Shown: positions 48,919-62,299 of the stretch, one piece after another
Position numbering within the stretch: the stretch's first letter is position 1
How the letters are laid out: every line of letters starts with the position of its first letter
Source: Histomonas meleagridis 2922-C6/04-290x
Taxonomy: Eukaryota; Protista; Parabasalia
Direction: 5' to 3'
NCBI GenBank assembly: GCA_020184695.1
Contig: JAANOX010000156.1
Span: 1-64,000 of the forward strand
Length of the DNA stretch: 64,000 nt
Made by a program: the position numbers and the translations under genes
Notes under the pieces: generated by a model
Databases searched by the model: none
The model's input: the letters and a program-made list of their open reading frames with translations, nothing else
Told to the model about the DNA's origin: nothing

Positions 48919-50000
48919 TTTGAAATAAAGAATATTGTAGAACGGTTGACACGGAATACTTTTCGACAGATTTTTTTTATTTAAATATCCTATAAAACAC
49001 ATAAGACAATCTTTTTTGACTCAGTTATTTTTTTTAGCAAAAGATATTATTGAATGAAAATTGATCGATCATCAGATGTGTGAGTGTTACTTGTGTGACA
49101 CACTGATCAGTGTATTGGGACATCGAAAATGTCTCTCCTTATAGTTCTAAATTGGTTAAAAAGCAACAACCAGTAAACAGACGCAGAGATATACTCAAGG
49201 AAGTAAAATCATTGAAACTTACAATTAATAAATTAAATCATCAAATTGAAAAACTGAAAACAGAACCCTATTGCTCAAAAACAAATTAAACACGTCAAAA
49301 ACTGATCAGGAAAATGATTTCATTAGAAAATTTCAAGATCCCCATGCTATTTCATCTTATTTTTGAAAGTGTTTCCCAATTTTATTAAGAAAAATGGTTT
49401 TGCAGATTCCAAAATAACAAATATATTTAAAAATTTAGCTAAAAATATTAATGAATTGCCACCAATCAATATCATTGGATGCGTTTGACGCTGGATGGCT
49501 TAAATTAGTTAATGATCTAATCGAACGCACACCTTCATTCGATAGTATTGAAGAAAAATATAGGGATTCATTAAGAATACCATGCAGGAGAGTTAAGCTG
49601 CTTTCGGAATTGGATATATATTTACATGGATTAGTCACTTACGATGATATTCTTTTGAAAATTTACTTAATATGAAGTTCATATACTAAAATGTATACGC
49701 TATAGAATAACTTCAAAAAAGTCACATTTATCTTGTTATCTTATTATGTTTAATAGAAACATTATCAAGAATATGATGAGTGCTTAATGAAACTTTTCCC
49801 TCATTTTTTCCAATTAACATTATCAGAAGCAATTTTTACCGATAATATAGATAGAACTTCAATATTAAATTAAATTACTATTTCGTTTGCAATTATTTGA
49901 ATATATAAACAAGAATTCTAAGAAAAATTTTTGATAATTTTGTGTCACAACTTTTTCAATCTCATATAAAAAATTATATGCACAACTTTAAATTGAGTTT

Positions 50001-50233
50001 TTATTGGGTCTTTACTGTAATTGTATCTCCAGCCTCAATCATTTGGATAGAAGTATAACGTTGATAGCATGAAGAAATCCATCTTCCTTGGGCTTTAATT
50101 TTGCAATCAGCAATTCCAGCCAATGATGCTTCATGAGCGGCCCCTTTACGAAAAGAATATGTTGAATAACATTCTGGATTCACTCCAATTTTTTTTTATG
50201 CAATTTAAACTTTCTCCTAACTGTTCTATCACA
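50001..50233 (-). pseudogene. Tyrosine recombinase C-terminal remnant (YR3)
   Basis: IGVNPECYSTYSFRKGAAHEASLAGIADCKIKAQGRWISSCYQRY; cut off at TA 50234-50235. Confidence 0.85.
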
Positions 50234-50235
50234 TA

Positions 50236-51780
50236 CAGTTAGGGATTTGAACGTGTCCCAGGAATCATAGTGGTCCCATACGTTAAAATACGTTAATAAA
50301 TAATATTTAATAAAACCTCATTTTTCTCAATGTCAACATTAACACTAGCAATGCCACTAGATGAAATTAAACAAAAATTAGATACTATTTATATTTCTCA
50401 AATATTTACTCTATCATTATTAATAAATCCTGACTTTATGAACTTAGAATATAAAAATCATCAGCTTTATTTTCATCTACAAATTTGCATCTGAATTCGA
50501 TAATATTACTTCCACTTTTAATCAACTAGCATTCGACTTTAATATGTGTCGTAAAACGATATCTAGAAGTATCTCAAACTGCCCACAAGATCCAAAACCT
50601 TTAGGTCGACATAGAGCATTAGATGAAGATAAAGAATAAATAATTGTTCAAGCAATTATTGATTCATCTAATGGAGGTCATGCAATGACCCAAAGGCAGT
50701 TATTATATTTTATCAAAGAAAAATTTGATTTATCTATAACAAAGTAATGTATAAATCAATTTTATTATAGAAATAGAGATAAAATTAAAAAATGTAGATC
50801 ACTCTCTCAAGAAGACACAAGAATGACAGTTCCTAGAGAGCATTTATAATAACACTTACAAAACATGCATAAACATGTGGATGGAAGGTTAACAAAATAT
50901 ATTTTTAATTTAGATGGAGTAGGAACTTCATCTTGGGAAGATCGAAAACCGAAGAAAGTTTTTGTTGATGTCAAAATTAACTCAAACAATGTTCATCATT
51001 CTTCAACAAGAAAAGTAACGCATATGACACTCCTTACATGTGTTTCGACAGCAGGTGATGCTCTTACTCCCATGTTAATAACCAAACACTAATATAGTAA
51101 TGATTTATGATAAAACGGCTTACGACAAGATGAAGATGTAATGATTCGGATTCGAAATCCACCTTACGTTGATTCTGAGTTATTTAAAGAATATATTAAT
51201 GATGTATTGATATCATATATCAAATGTGTTATAGAAAAATATGAAGTTAAGAAGTATGTAGCAATTTTATTAATAAATTCTTATCGTGGGCATTGTAACG
51301 TTGATTATTTAAAAGTTTCAAAAGAAAATAAAGTAAGTGTTTAATGTTTTCCTCCCCGTACCACAAACATTTACCAAGCCCTTGATTTGTCATTATTTGG
51401 CGTTTTTAAAAAAATCAAAAATACTGTTAAGGATAAAGAATACCAAAAAATGGTTGAAAATGCAATTATAGTTATATAAAAAACATACAAGCAGACCACA
51501 ACATCATTTAACATTCGTGGGGTATTCAGGGCAGGAATAAGTACTAAAACTGTTGCTGGTAAGAGAGTTGTTGAATTTGTTGCCCATAAGCTGGTTTCGA
51601 ATCCGGGATTTCATGAACTTTTAAATTTTAATATAAAAATCGATGAAGTCAAAAAGAAAAGGCAACACAAATTCGGCATCGTGAATTCTGAATACCTTCC
51701 ACCTGGTCGTACTTTAATTAGCAACGAAACTCCAAAATATGAAGATGAAGATGAAATAAATCAACTCTTGCAATGAAGAT
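50236..51780 (+). mobile_element. pogo-like (DDE_1) transposon, degenerate
   Basis: TA-CAG left end; GRHRAL, HAMTQRQL, IFNLDGVG, HMTLLTCVSTAGDAL, FPPRTTNIYQALDLSLFGVFK across stops. Confidence 0.8.
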
Positions 51781-51898
51781 TAAATTGCAATTTTTTCCTT
51801 TCCTATATGAGATATCATAGTCTAAATAAATCTCTATACGCAAAAGAATAATTCAAATCATTTATATAAATATGAATAATTAAAACAAGACTATCCTA

Positions 51899-53154
51899 CA
51901 ACCGTGGGCAATTTGAATACTGCCTCTTCAAAAAGTGGAGGCCCCATTCAATCATAATGAAGAATTTGAACTAGGTGTAATTCGCATTCAAAAATTGGCT
52001 CTCAATTCGTTTTCTGGACAAATATTTTCATTCAATTTCATTTCGAATAATTTACAATTTCCGCTATGTTTTTTGGACAAGAATAAAATTTGGCAAATAT
52101 GGTGTGGAATGAATGTTGTAATATCTCATTTTCCGCTTTTCGATTCTTATTGTTTCATGTTAATTCTCATCTATAAGCGCTCATTGTTACTAACTGTATT
52201 TGTTTTCACTTGTATGTGTTTATTTCATTGTTTCATGTTAATTCTCACTTATATGTGCTAATTCTCATTTATTCTCATTTATTTTCACTTACTTATAATA
52301 TATTTTTATTCTCACTTATATGTGTTTCTTTTCATTATTTTATGTACCAACATCTGCTCAAATCATTCAAATATAATTTGGCAAATATATAATTTGAACG
52401 ACTTTCATTTGATATAGATAATACATAGTGAACATGGGGTTTAGTTAAAGATGAATTCAAACTTATTCTAATATCAGAAATAAAGCTCATATGATTAATT
52501 ATATTCAAAAAGTTTACAAATCAATGTTTACATTATTATTTCAATGAGCAATCGATTTAATTATTTCCATCCAACTTCCACATAACATTGTATATTTTTT
52601 CTTTTTATTTTAATTGCTCTGATCGTTGTATAGATTAAATTTTATAAAATTTTAAACTAATAAAACATAATTAATATGTAGAACATGACAATTCACAAAA
52701 ATTTATATACGAAGCAATTGATATTATTGCTCAATCTGTAAAATATTAATTAAGTCAAAAATGAATTTTAATGTAACATTGATATAAAATTTGTGTTGTA
52801 ATACAGAGACGATTAAATATTTTACAATATCCTTTTTCTTGATCGTAATTTATTTTGATAATAATAATTGTTTTTTTTGATTCATTTTAATTAATGCAAT
52901 GTATAATGTATGCAATGTCGATAACTTGCTATTTAATAATATTTGTTTCAGCATCTATGCCGAATTTTATTTTCGTTTAAAAAACATGGCGAAAATCGTA
53001 AATTATTCAAAATGATATTGAATGAAAATATTTCTTTAGAAAAAAAATTGAAAGTTAATTTTTGAATGCAAATTACACCTAGTTCAAATTCTTCATCACG
53101 ATTGAATTAAGTCTCCACTTTTTGAATACTACCTATTCAAATTTCCCACGGTTG
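51899..53154. mobile_element. Non-autonomous element with about 160-bp TIRs and TA duplication
   Basis: Termini CAACCGTGGG(C/A)AATTTGAATA; TA at 51897-51898 and 53155-53156; arms align over about 160 bp including an identical ATGAAGAATTTGAACTAGGTGTAATT. No coding content; internal degenerate repeat at 52150-52340. Confidence 0.85.
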
Positions 53155-54004
53155 TAGAACAGTACCATTAATTGTTAAAAACATTCAAAATTGGAAAAAA
53201 TTATACGAACTTTCCACGCACCCTATAATTAATAAGATAATTTTCTGCTATAATCAAAATTATTCAGAATGATAGCTCTGTGAATTGAGAATGATTCATC
53301 AAGACCCAAAAAATAAAAAATTAGAAATGAGTATTCAAGATTATTAACTTGAATAAATTAGTTCTAAATAATGGAGAATGAGACACGAACAACTTAATAA
53401 TATCTAAACAATAATCACAAGAGATACAAACAACTAAACGAGGCACCAATAGCAATTAATTGTAGCGCATTAACTTGGAGTCGGATAAATAGTATTAAAT
53501 GATTAATAGTCGTATTTAATGAGTGAATTAGTATCAGGTGACTTTACCTTTAATGCCTACAAAAATATACATTAGGGAAAAAAGCACAAAATCTTTCACT
53601 TTTTTGCGATTCATTTAATTTTACTGGAGTTGGTTGCCAATTAATCCTTTTTCTTTTTGACAACATTACTAAAAGTAAATATACTTATTGTTCTGTTCAA
53701 AAACAAATAATGAGACAAATGAGAGGGTTCGAACTACTAAATATTATCCGAGACCAGAGCATCCCAGTATTTCATTATATTGTCAAAAGATGTGAGCCGA
53801 AATTCTAGCAATGTCTTTCCATTACGGCTATGAATATGCAATGTTAACTCTCACTCTAAATAATAAGCGGGTAGATTTAGATCCAAAAAAGCGTACTGAC
53901 ATTTATCTTATCATTGTTGTAAAGTTAGTCAATTTTGCAAAAAATGCACTGATACAACTTCAGTACTATTGTAATTGATTATCATATCATTATTCATTTT
54001 TATG

Positions 54005-54220
54005 GAGAAAAAGTACGGAGTATATTTCATCCTTGATTATTATTTCAGGTATGAGAATAATCATGAAGTTCTATACTTTGTAGTGTTATGGGAGAACGGC
54101 TGAACCAGTTAACTATTTGACGAATTGTGATATATTTATGTCGGAAAATTGAGCGATTTAAACAAATATGAACAAGCTGAAGGTATAATCAACTACCTAA
54201 ATTCAGTCGTAAATAATGAG
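54005..54220 (+). pseudogene. Possible chromodomain-like remnant
   Basis: YGVYFILDYYFR...LYFVVLWENG*TS...LNKYE pattern; stops present. Confidence 0.25.
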
Positions 54221-54463
54221 TTTTGATATCGGATTTATATATTATTGATGTCGATTTTTGAATGTTTCTGTATGTATTAATGCTATCTAATACTAATATT
54301 TGTTATTGACTTTTATTCAATACATTGTTTTTTAAATAAAATTCTTTTCTATCATTATTTAATTCACGATTGATAAATTAATTTAATGGCAAATAATTTG
54401 TATCAATCCTTTTGAGTGAAGCAATAAATTCACTTCTGATATGTGGTTTTCTTTGAAATGTGT

Positions 54464-55170
54464 TGTATATCGGAACGTTGCTGAAATTAACGGCCGCTAA
54501 TTTTCAATGATTTACATTATTCGAAAAGTCAGTGATGTCAAAATATTTCGGAGTACCCGTAATTACTATAACGTTCTCTATCGTTGTTCACATGTGATAA
54601 AGTATTCATTTCTTATAGTATAATATTGTATAGTTTACATAAAAAGTAACATAAAATGCAGAGCGGAAGCTACAAGATCAGAAAATTCTTAAATGAACGA
54701 ATTTTGTATCTCGAAAACAAAATCATGAACGATGTTCCAGTGCGTTTAATTATAAGACGACAAAATATCTGCCTCAAAAGATCAAAAAAATAATTTACAA
54801 AAGCCAAAATCGAATACCCAATTGTCCCCAGAGGAAGAAAAGCTATAGAGCCATCTAAAAAGCAAATTGACAAAGTTACTGAATACCGTGAACAATTTCC
54901 TGTTGGTTATCAAAGATGTGCATTCGCTGTAGCAAGTAAAGAAAACATAACATTTACTGAAAGGCAATGTCACAAAATATATGAAGCAAAGGGCTTATAT
55001 ATTTATGAACATGAATACAAAGGAAAAGACGATGATCGAATTAGGTATGTTGTGAAAATTTGGAACATTGATCTTCATGAACTCGAAGACATGATTATGC
55101 GAAATATAAATGGTGAAGAAGAGCACAAGAAACAATATCTGCTCACATCAATGAATTCACTATATAATAA
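54464..55170 (+). mobile_element. Second, truncated IS481-like copy
   Basis: GRKAIEPSKKQIDKVTEY...VGYQR...GLYIYEHEYKGKDDDRIRYVVKIWNIDLHEL aligns with 36685-37092; TGTATATCGGAA candidate terminus at 54464. Confidence 0.7.
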
Positions 55171-56199
55171 CTAGGAGATCCATAGAAGGCCATATATCAA
55201 GGAGAATCAGGAACATAATCAGGTTGTAAATCAATCAATTGAATCATGAAGCTACTAGTGGGTTGCAACAGTTAATGATTATTCATAAGCAAATTACGAT
55301 AGTATTAGAATGGCAGCAAATAGGCGGTTGACTAGGTAAAAACCCGGTTGACACCTAATTTTATCCGATTAAAATCCAAAATTTTATATGACTAATAATA
55401 ACGGGAGCGTATTTTACATACGCACTTTTATACGCGCTTTTCGTAATAAACTATTCAAATACGCACTTTTTTGAATGCACGCCGATCTAACCGAAAAATA
55501 TTGCAATTTTATTCATTTTTTTCTAACTTCGAAAATCAAACTTAATAATTATTGATAAAATTAATATATAATATAGCTTATATAAAGTAATAAAATAATT
55601 TAATGTTAAATTTTCGAAAAATTAATTATATGATGAAATAAGATTAATTTGAAAAAATATTTTAATTTTAAAATTCCAATAGCATTAATCGAATCTACAC
55701 ATTCAAGAATATATATCTATAATGTTTTTTTGGATTAAAATATCTTGTATTCATGGGAAAAAATGATGATATTTACCAAAAAAATTGAGTTTAATTGAAT
55801 TATTGAATGAGTATTCAATTCTTACGTGGAAAAACCGTAAATAAAAACAACACATTCAAAAAAATTTGACGTACGATATTTAACTCAAAAGTGATTTTTT
55901 GTTTGAAATAAAAATATTTTAATTAAAAATGATAAACTGATAATTTTATTACTATTATATGAATAAATATCGATAATTATTGACTATATCAGAGTTTTAT
56001 AAATTTTATCAAATTAAATTTTTAAATCTCAATTAGATTGCATTCAAAATTTAGTTGATGATCATTAAAACATTATATGATAATTTATGCATTTACTCAT
56101 CATTAATTATTTTATTCATTCATTATTATTCATCATAATGTATCTTAAATATTTATCATTCATCATTATATATTATTAATCATTTATTGTTATATTTAT

Positions 56200-56430
56200 T
56201 TATGAATAACATTATGCATTACATTAATGAATAACATTATACATTATATTATACAATATATTATACATTACATTAATAATGAATAACAATATTCGTTACA
56301 CTAATGAATAACAGTATAAATAACATTATACAATACATCATGAATAACATTATACAATACATTAATGTATAACATTATACAATACATTATTAGTAACATT
56401 ACAATACATTATGAATAACATTATGAAATG
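56200..56430. repeat. Degenerate ATGAATAACATTATACAATACATT minisatellite
   Basis: Multiple imperfect copies of a roughly 24-27-nt unit. Confidence 0.75.
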
Positions 56431-56539
56431 TATGATATACAATAATTACAATTATATTTTATTTACAATTATAATCTCTTCCTGTTATTAAATGTCGATA
56501 AAAAATTCGGATCATTTTTAAAATGTCTAACTCTATTTG

Positions 56540-56760
56540 CATATATTTCATCAACTTTGATCAATTTTTATCCTCGATACAATGAACTAATTCAAAATAT
56601 ACTGTGAGTTACATATAGAATGACTTACATATTCTTGTGGAAGAACCATGATTTTGAAGCCGAAATAAACGCTATAAAAGAAGTTTTTATTATAGATTCA
56701 AATTCATTACGATTATGTTACTTTCATTATACTCAAGCTAGTAGTTGCAGTCGATGTTTA
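56540..56760 (+). mobile_element. MULE transposase core fragment
   Basis: DFEAEINAIKEVF...LRLCYFHYTQA (D...CxxH). Confidence 0.6.
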
Positions 56761-57329
56761 AATAGACTTCATCTCCCTATATTTCCTTTGAGGGTTTCCA
56801 TCGGCTAGGGAGTGTTATCTCCTCGAGTTTGTAAATCTTCTCTCGACCAACATGTTGGAAATACAAATGACAGCTATGCTGTTCGTAAGAAGGATGAACT
56901 CGAGCGCATTGCTAAGTCTAATCGTTAAAAGGTTTGCATTTTTTTAAGATTTTTTTTTTTGTGATCACCAAAATTGCAAAATTTTTTCCATTTTCTTTTA
57001 GGTTAGTAGTTAAGTAGGTAAATAAAAAAAATATTATTTTTAAAGTAATCATTTGATGATTAAAATAATTATATCCAAATGCTGATAATAATGATGTAAC
57101 ATAAACATATTAAATTTGATTTTTATGCAATGCTAAATTGTTAGTACATGTTACCAAAGATAAAAAAGCATTTTTTGAAGTTGAACCTGATGCATTTTCA
57201 CGTTGAATTGTGTATAGTTCAGGCTTTTAAATTTATTCATAATTACTCAAATGAATTCTTGTTATGTTCTTCTTGCTTGTTGTTAACGTTACTTGCATAC
57301 ACATTAAAAAAAAGGAATTGAGAATCATT

Positions 57330-60300
57330 TTATTTATTTGGCTCATATTTCAGTGTATTTGTTTCAAATTCACTGATTTCATCACTTTCCAAGACCAAGT
57401 TGGGATCCTTGAGTATATATCTGCACCCGTATTTAATTGATGTAACGCATCGAGGTCCATATTTATCAAATTGATAATCAGATGCATGAATTGGCAAAAA
57501 TTGAACAGATTTTCGATTGATTCCATTATAATAGTTATTTACGCGCCACATTTCCTTCTTATAAAATAATTTATTTACGCCCCAATGAAAATAATTCTCT
57601 GATAATATAAAAGCATTTAACATTTGTACATTTTTCGGTAAGACTGTTAAACGCTCACCTTCTTTAAAGGACGTAATAAAAATTGTGTTTACTCCTTGTG
57701 TAGATTCGATCTTGCGAAGTTCTTCTTCATTAATGCCTTTAGCATAGATGAAACTTATTTGTGAAGGAAGTGTAGTTGTTCGTTTTTTGGCATAGCGTTC
57801 AAATCTTGTTATCACTTTTGATGTAGTAACATTTTCATGAAGTATCATATACTTATCATCTTTTGCATCAAGTTTTATACCTGTTAAAGATTGAAAAAGA
57901 AGTGTTGAATCATGATTCGGTTGATCATAAAATACATATAATGGTTGATCACTTTTAACCAATCTTTTTGTAAATCTATTCATATCAATTACGCTAAATT
58001 TTCTTTCTCTTATGCTTCTTTCCCAAATATAAGGATAAAAGGTCGTTGTTAAATCATTTTCAAGTTTTCTATATACTGCCATAATATTATTGCTTTCTAA
58101 TTTCATTCCTAAAACATATGATCCAGCAAATGCAAAGAGTGCAATATCCCCGATAACTGGAATATATGCAATTGCCGTGGCTATTGCTACGTATGCACCT
58201 GTAATATGCCATTTTTTATTGGTTAAAAACTTTTGTTGTGACATTATACTTTGCCATTTTGCTTTATTTGCATTTACATATGAACACATATCACTTTTAA
58301 TTTCCCATACATATTGGTTAAAGTCAAAGAATGGTATTTCATCATTCCCTAAAATATATGGTAATATAATATTTACATAAAGACTAATTAATATTTCTAA
58401 TTTCTTTATGATATCTTCTGGATTTTCAGATTCAAAATTTGAATTCATTTCTATTATAATAACTGTATTAAGAAGCATACAACACGCACAACAATGCCTA
58501 AGCGATGATTCAAGTGTATTTGGTATTTTTTTGTTTTCAAATTTCAAAACAAGATTCATAAAGTTCATAAAGTATGGATCAAATAATGGATAAGAACTAT
58601 ATGTCAGTGCTTGTATGTATTGAGAGGGTTCAAATTTTACTTTAGGTATGGAACTCAAAATATAATATAAACTTTGATACACTGTATTAACATAACCAGG
58701 ATAATTATGTTCAACATCTCCGAGTGGCAATGGCATTAATGAATCTGGCCTATAAAGGTTTTTTGCAATATTATGCTCATTCCACCATAATTTTGTAAAA
58801 ACTGAAATATTTTCTTTATATTTTTCAGGATCCATATAATCCAAAACATTATCTAGGTCTCTATATTTTTTCACAAGAAAATAAACTTTTGATAATGGAA
58901 AAGATGAAGAAAGTTGTGCACGACGAATTGTTGTTAATATTGTTTTCATATCATCAACTTTATCATTGAAATTAGATACAGTAAGACATATTGTTGTTAT
59001 TGATGTAAATACTGCATTAACTTTATCCAATACTGGTTTAAGATTTAATTCATAATCTTCATCGCCAATACCTTGTGAATCAATGAAAAAAATTGCTGTA
59101 TCCTTATCAATATCAAGTGAATTACATTTTTCTTTAAGTTGACAATAGTCATCATCAAGCCTATTAATTAAATCAGAAACAATATATGGACCATCAATTA
59201 AAATTCCTTGTGTTTGACTTTTTATACCCTTACCTGCATAAAATGCCGCGTTTCCAGTAAGTGTCCGAAGAAATGTAGATTTTCCTGATTGATATGGACC
59301 AAATAGCATCACTAAAACAATTGATCTATCTCCTGCTTTTTTCAAAACAGACTCAAATACATCTAATAATATTGGATAAGATCCTTTTTCATTCCATGGG
59401 TGTTGTTTTCCAGGAAGTTCAATTAAAGGTGTTGGAATAATAAAATTATTTAATGGACATAATGCTGAATCCAATAATTGATTTTTATATGTGTCAAGAA
59501 CTGATCTATTAACTTTTAAATCATCAAGGCCATTTTTTATCTTCTTAAATATATCCTTTGATTTTGGCCTTTCACTTGGATCCTTTTTAATGCATTTCAT
59601 AAATATTTTTTTAAATAAATTCGGTATTCCAGAAGCAATTTGAGGGGGATTACCATCCGCGATGTTCTCATTAATTTGTTGAATACTCAAACCTTTATAA
59701 GGAGGAGATCCAGAAAAAATTTCATTTACAAGAAGCCCAAATGAATATACATCAGTTTTTGGTGTATATTGTCCTCCTGATAAAACTTCAGGTGCAATAT
59801 ATGGAAGGGTAGACATTAGTTCTCCTTGAGGATTTTTATGTGAATCACCAAAACCTGCAATAATTGGATGAAAGTTATCATCAATGAGAATATTATCGAC
59901 TTTAAGATCATGATGTATTATTCCTTTTTCATGAAGATACTTTAAACCAGTAGCAATTCCGAAGATAATCATAGTTTTTGTGAGTAAATTCCATTCTGAA
60001 GGAGGTGAATTAATGATGTTACGTAAAGTACCATTAATATAAAACGGGGTAATAAGAACTGCCTTTTTGTAATCAGGATTGGGATAAAAACCAACCAATG
60101 ATTGGACTGCTGGATGTGATAATTTACATAACGTCTTGAATTCATTAACAAGTGATTTATATGAATCTTCTGTTAAGGCTCTTTTCATTGCAACGATTTG
60201 ACCTGTGTATTTGATGATTCCTTTATCAATACAGAATTCTCCTTTATGTATATTTTTTTCTGAAATTTCGAACAAGTCAAGAGAATCAATGAAACGACGC

Positions 60301-60347
60301 TGTTCTTCCTTAGTGAATTCGTGCTCATTTCTTTCTAAAACAAGCAT
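57330..60347 (-). CDS. TKL-like pseudokinase fused to a GBP/atlastin-like GTPase, hydrophobic hairpin and degenerate second P-loop domain
   Basis: Kinase fold with VAMK, HHDLKVDN, AGFG in place of DFG, APE and DVYSFG; G1 GPYQSGKS, G2 SQTQG, G3 DSQG; hydrophobic ITGAYVAIATAIAYIPVIGDIALFAFAGSYVLG; LYVFYDQPNHDSTLLFQSLTG. Confidence 0.88.
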   Translation of the reverse strand: MLVLERNEHEFTKEEQRRFIDSLDLFEISEKNIHKGEFCIDKGIIKYTGQIVAMKRALTEDSYKSLVNEFKTLCKLSHPAVQSLVGFYPNPDYKKAVLITPFYINGTLRNIINSPPSEWNLLTKTMIIFGIATGLKYLHEKGIIHHDLKVDNILIDDNFHPIIAGFGDSHKNPQGELMSTLPYIAPEVLSGGQYTPKTDVYSFGLLVNEIFSGSPPYKGLSIQQINENIADGNPPQIASGIPNLFKKIFMKCIKKDPSERPKSKDIFKKIKNGLDDLKVNRSVLDTYKNQLLDSALCPLNNFIIPTPLIELPGKQHPWNEKGSYPILLDVFESVLKKAGDRSIVLVMLFGPYQSGKSTFLRTLTGNAAFYAGKGIKSQTQGILIDGPYIVSDLINRLDDDYCQLKEKCNSLDIDKDTAIFFIDSQGIGDEDYELNLKPVLDKVNAVFTSITTICLTVSNFNDKVDDMKTILTTIRRAQLSSSFPLSKVYFLVKKYRDLDNVLDYMDPEKYKENISVFTKLWWNEHNIAKNLYRPDSLMPLPLGDVEHNYPGYVNTVYQSLYYILSSIPKVKFEPSQYIQALTYSSYPLFDPYFMNFMNLVLKFENKKIPNTLESSLRHCCACCMLLNTVIIIEMNSNFESENPEDIIKKLEILISLYVNIILPYILGNDEIPFFDFNQYVWEIKSDMCSYVNANKAKWQSIMSQQKFLTNKKWHITGAYVAIATAIAYIPVIGDIALFAFAGSYVLGMKLESNNIMAVYRKLENDLTTTFYPYIWERSIRERKFSVIDMNRFTKRLVKSDQPLYVFYDQPNHDSTLLFQSLTGIKLDAKDDKYMILHENVTTSKVITRFERYAKKRTTTLPSQISFIYAKGINEEELRKIESTQGVNTIFITSFKEGERLTVLPKNVQMLNAFILSENYFHWGVNKLFYKKEMWRVNNYYNGINRKSVQFLPIHASDYQFDKYGPRCVTSIKYGCRYILKDPNLVLESDEISEFETNTLKYEPNK

Positions 60348-62299
60348 TCGTTGTTAATTTGAAGTGAGATCCAAATCCCCAAAAATTCTATCAAAATGTT
60401 CTGAAAAAATGCCAGTTTACATTGCTGTATCGTGTTAATCAAATTGTATACTTTATCAAAGTTTGATGAAAAAGTTCCTTTAAAACTCCGCACTCTCAAA
60501 TTTATTTGTTGTGAATTATCGGCAGCATAATTCAAAAAAAATGAAAAATGTCATTTTGTTATTGTACGATTATTTAAACACAATAATGCGAATGATAATG
60601 CTTTATTAATGGTTCGCTAGACATGTCTGTATTAATAATAATTCAATTTGATTTCGAAAATGTATTTGATTTAGAAAACTTATTCGATTTACTAAATAAA
60701 TATGTTTGTGTTAAAGTGTGTGTTGGGTAAATATATTGGGTACTTTTTTTATTTATAATCACCTGCCCTTTTCATTCATTCATCTCCGATATCATCTAAT
60801 AAATGAACATTTATAAGTTTTTTAAGTGTAAGATAAAATATTTGTACATTTTTACTTTGTAATAACCCACATGAAAGATTCTCGAAAAATCCTGAATTAT
60901 GATCATATGGGAAAACTTCATTTCGGATCAATTTATTATCAGATCCTATTAGTGAAACAATCGCAGATTGTAAAAATGAAAATTTGATATTTAAAGATAA
61001 TTCTTTATCATGTTGTGTTATTTGATTAACATTTAATTCTTGATTATTATCGAAACGAATGTTGTTATTATATGAATAAAATTAATCGTCCATAAACATT
61101 TGGAATACAATCACATTAGAAATCAGAAACAATAATGTTACTTTCATAATTAATAATGATTCCAATCACCTTGTCGAATTTTACTTAAAATTTCGTTCTC
61201 TGAAAGGAACCAGTTTGATTAAATAAATTATTTTTTGATTTATTATTATAACAATCTATATAATAATAATGAGTAAAAGGTCTTGCTGTTTTTACTGTTT
61301 CATCGATTGGAAAATCAATATTTTGTTCAGAAATATAACGAATTCAGGTTTGAATATATAACTTGATTAAATATATATTATTATATTCCATATAAACACT
61401 TTTTAATTTGATGACATCTCAGAATTTTGTCGATTCATCTGCAGCAATTATTGCAAAAATAAGGACAAGATAATACTAAAAAAAAATCATTAAAAATTGT
61501 TAATATAATTTCTTTAGTTAATTTTTTAATTATCAAATTAGAATTCTGATTTAATATGTTTCTAAATCCATAAATAATTTGTGGGAATGTTGGAATAATT
61601 GAATGCAATTGATACTGTGCAATTAACATAAAATACTTTATAATGAGCATGAAATACTTTGGAGATATTCATTCGTGATATATAAGCGTTTGTGGGGACC
61701 TGTTTACTTATTAATGCTACTAAATCTCAAAATTTAACAATAAGCAAATTTTTGCAAAATATAAATTTCTAGAAACACAATAAAATACGATAATTATACC
61801 CAAAATTTAAAGTTTAGGAAATTAATGATTACATAATTTTATTTATATCAATTAAAATATAAAAACCTAATTAAACTTCAAAGATCATCAAAATAATTAA
61901 TCAATTTTTTTCGAAAACACCACTCATGAATGTATAATTGATATGAATATTGAGTATAAATCGAACGTCTGAAAGCTATTGAATAGACTCTCAATTTGAT
62001 AGAGTAAATTTCAATAAATATCTTCCATAGTGTTGATTTTATCGAGAAAATTTCTCAAAGACAGGGTCAACCAACTTTCCCTCTTATAGATTTATTTTTA
62101 ATTTTAAAATTATTTGTAATATGCTTAGTACATTCTAATATATAACATATAATGACAGCAGACAAATTTTTATGAAGATAAAATAATTTATTAAAAATTT
62201 CATTTCCTTTGAATTTATTCACTTTCCATTTAAATTTGTATACAATACAATACAGTTTTTAAACCCAAAATGATCGTCTAGGTCAAAACAACACAATCA

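Noticed and set aside
49250-49700. Fragmentary ORFs as a P-element or other transposase
   Set aside because: No convincing catalytic motif recognised.
60335-60535. Upstream ORF as N-terminal extension of the pseudokinase
   Set aside because: Non-ATG start, different frame and an in-frame TAA three codons before ATG 60347; not supportable without transcripts.
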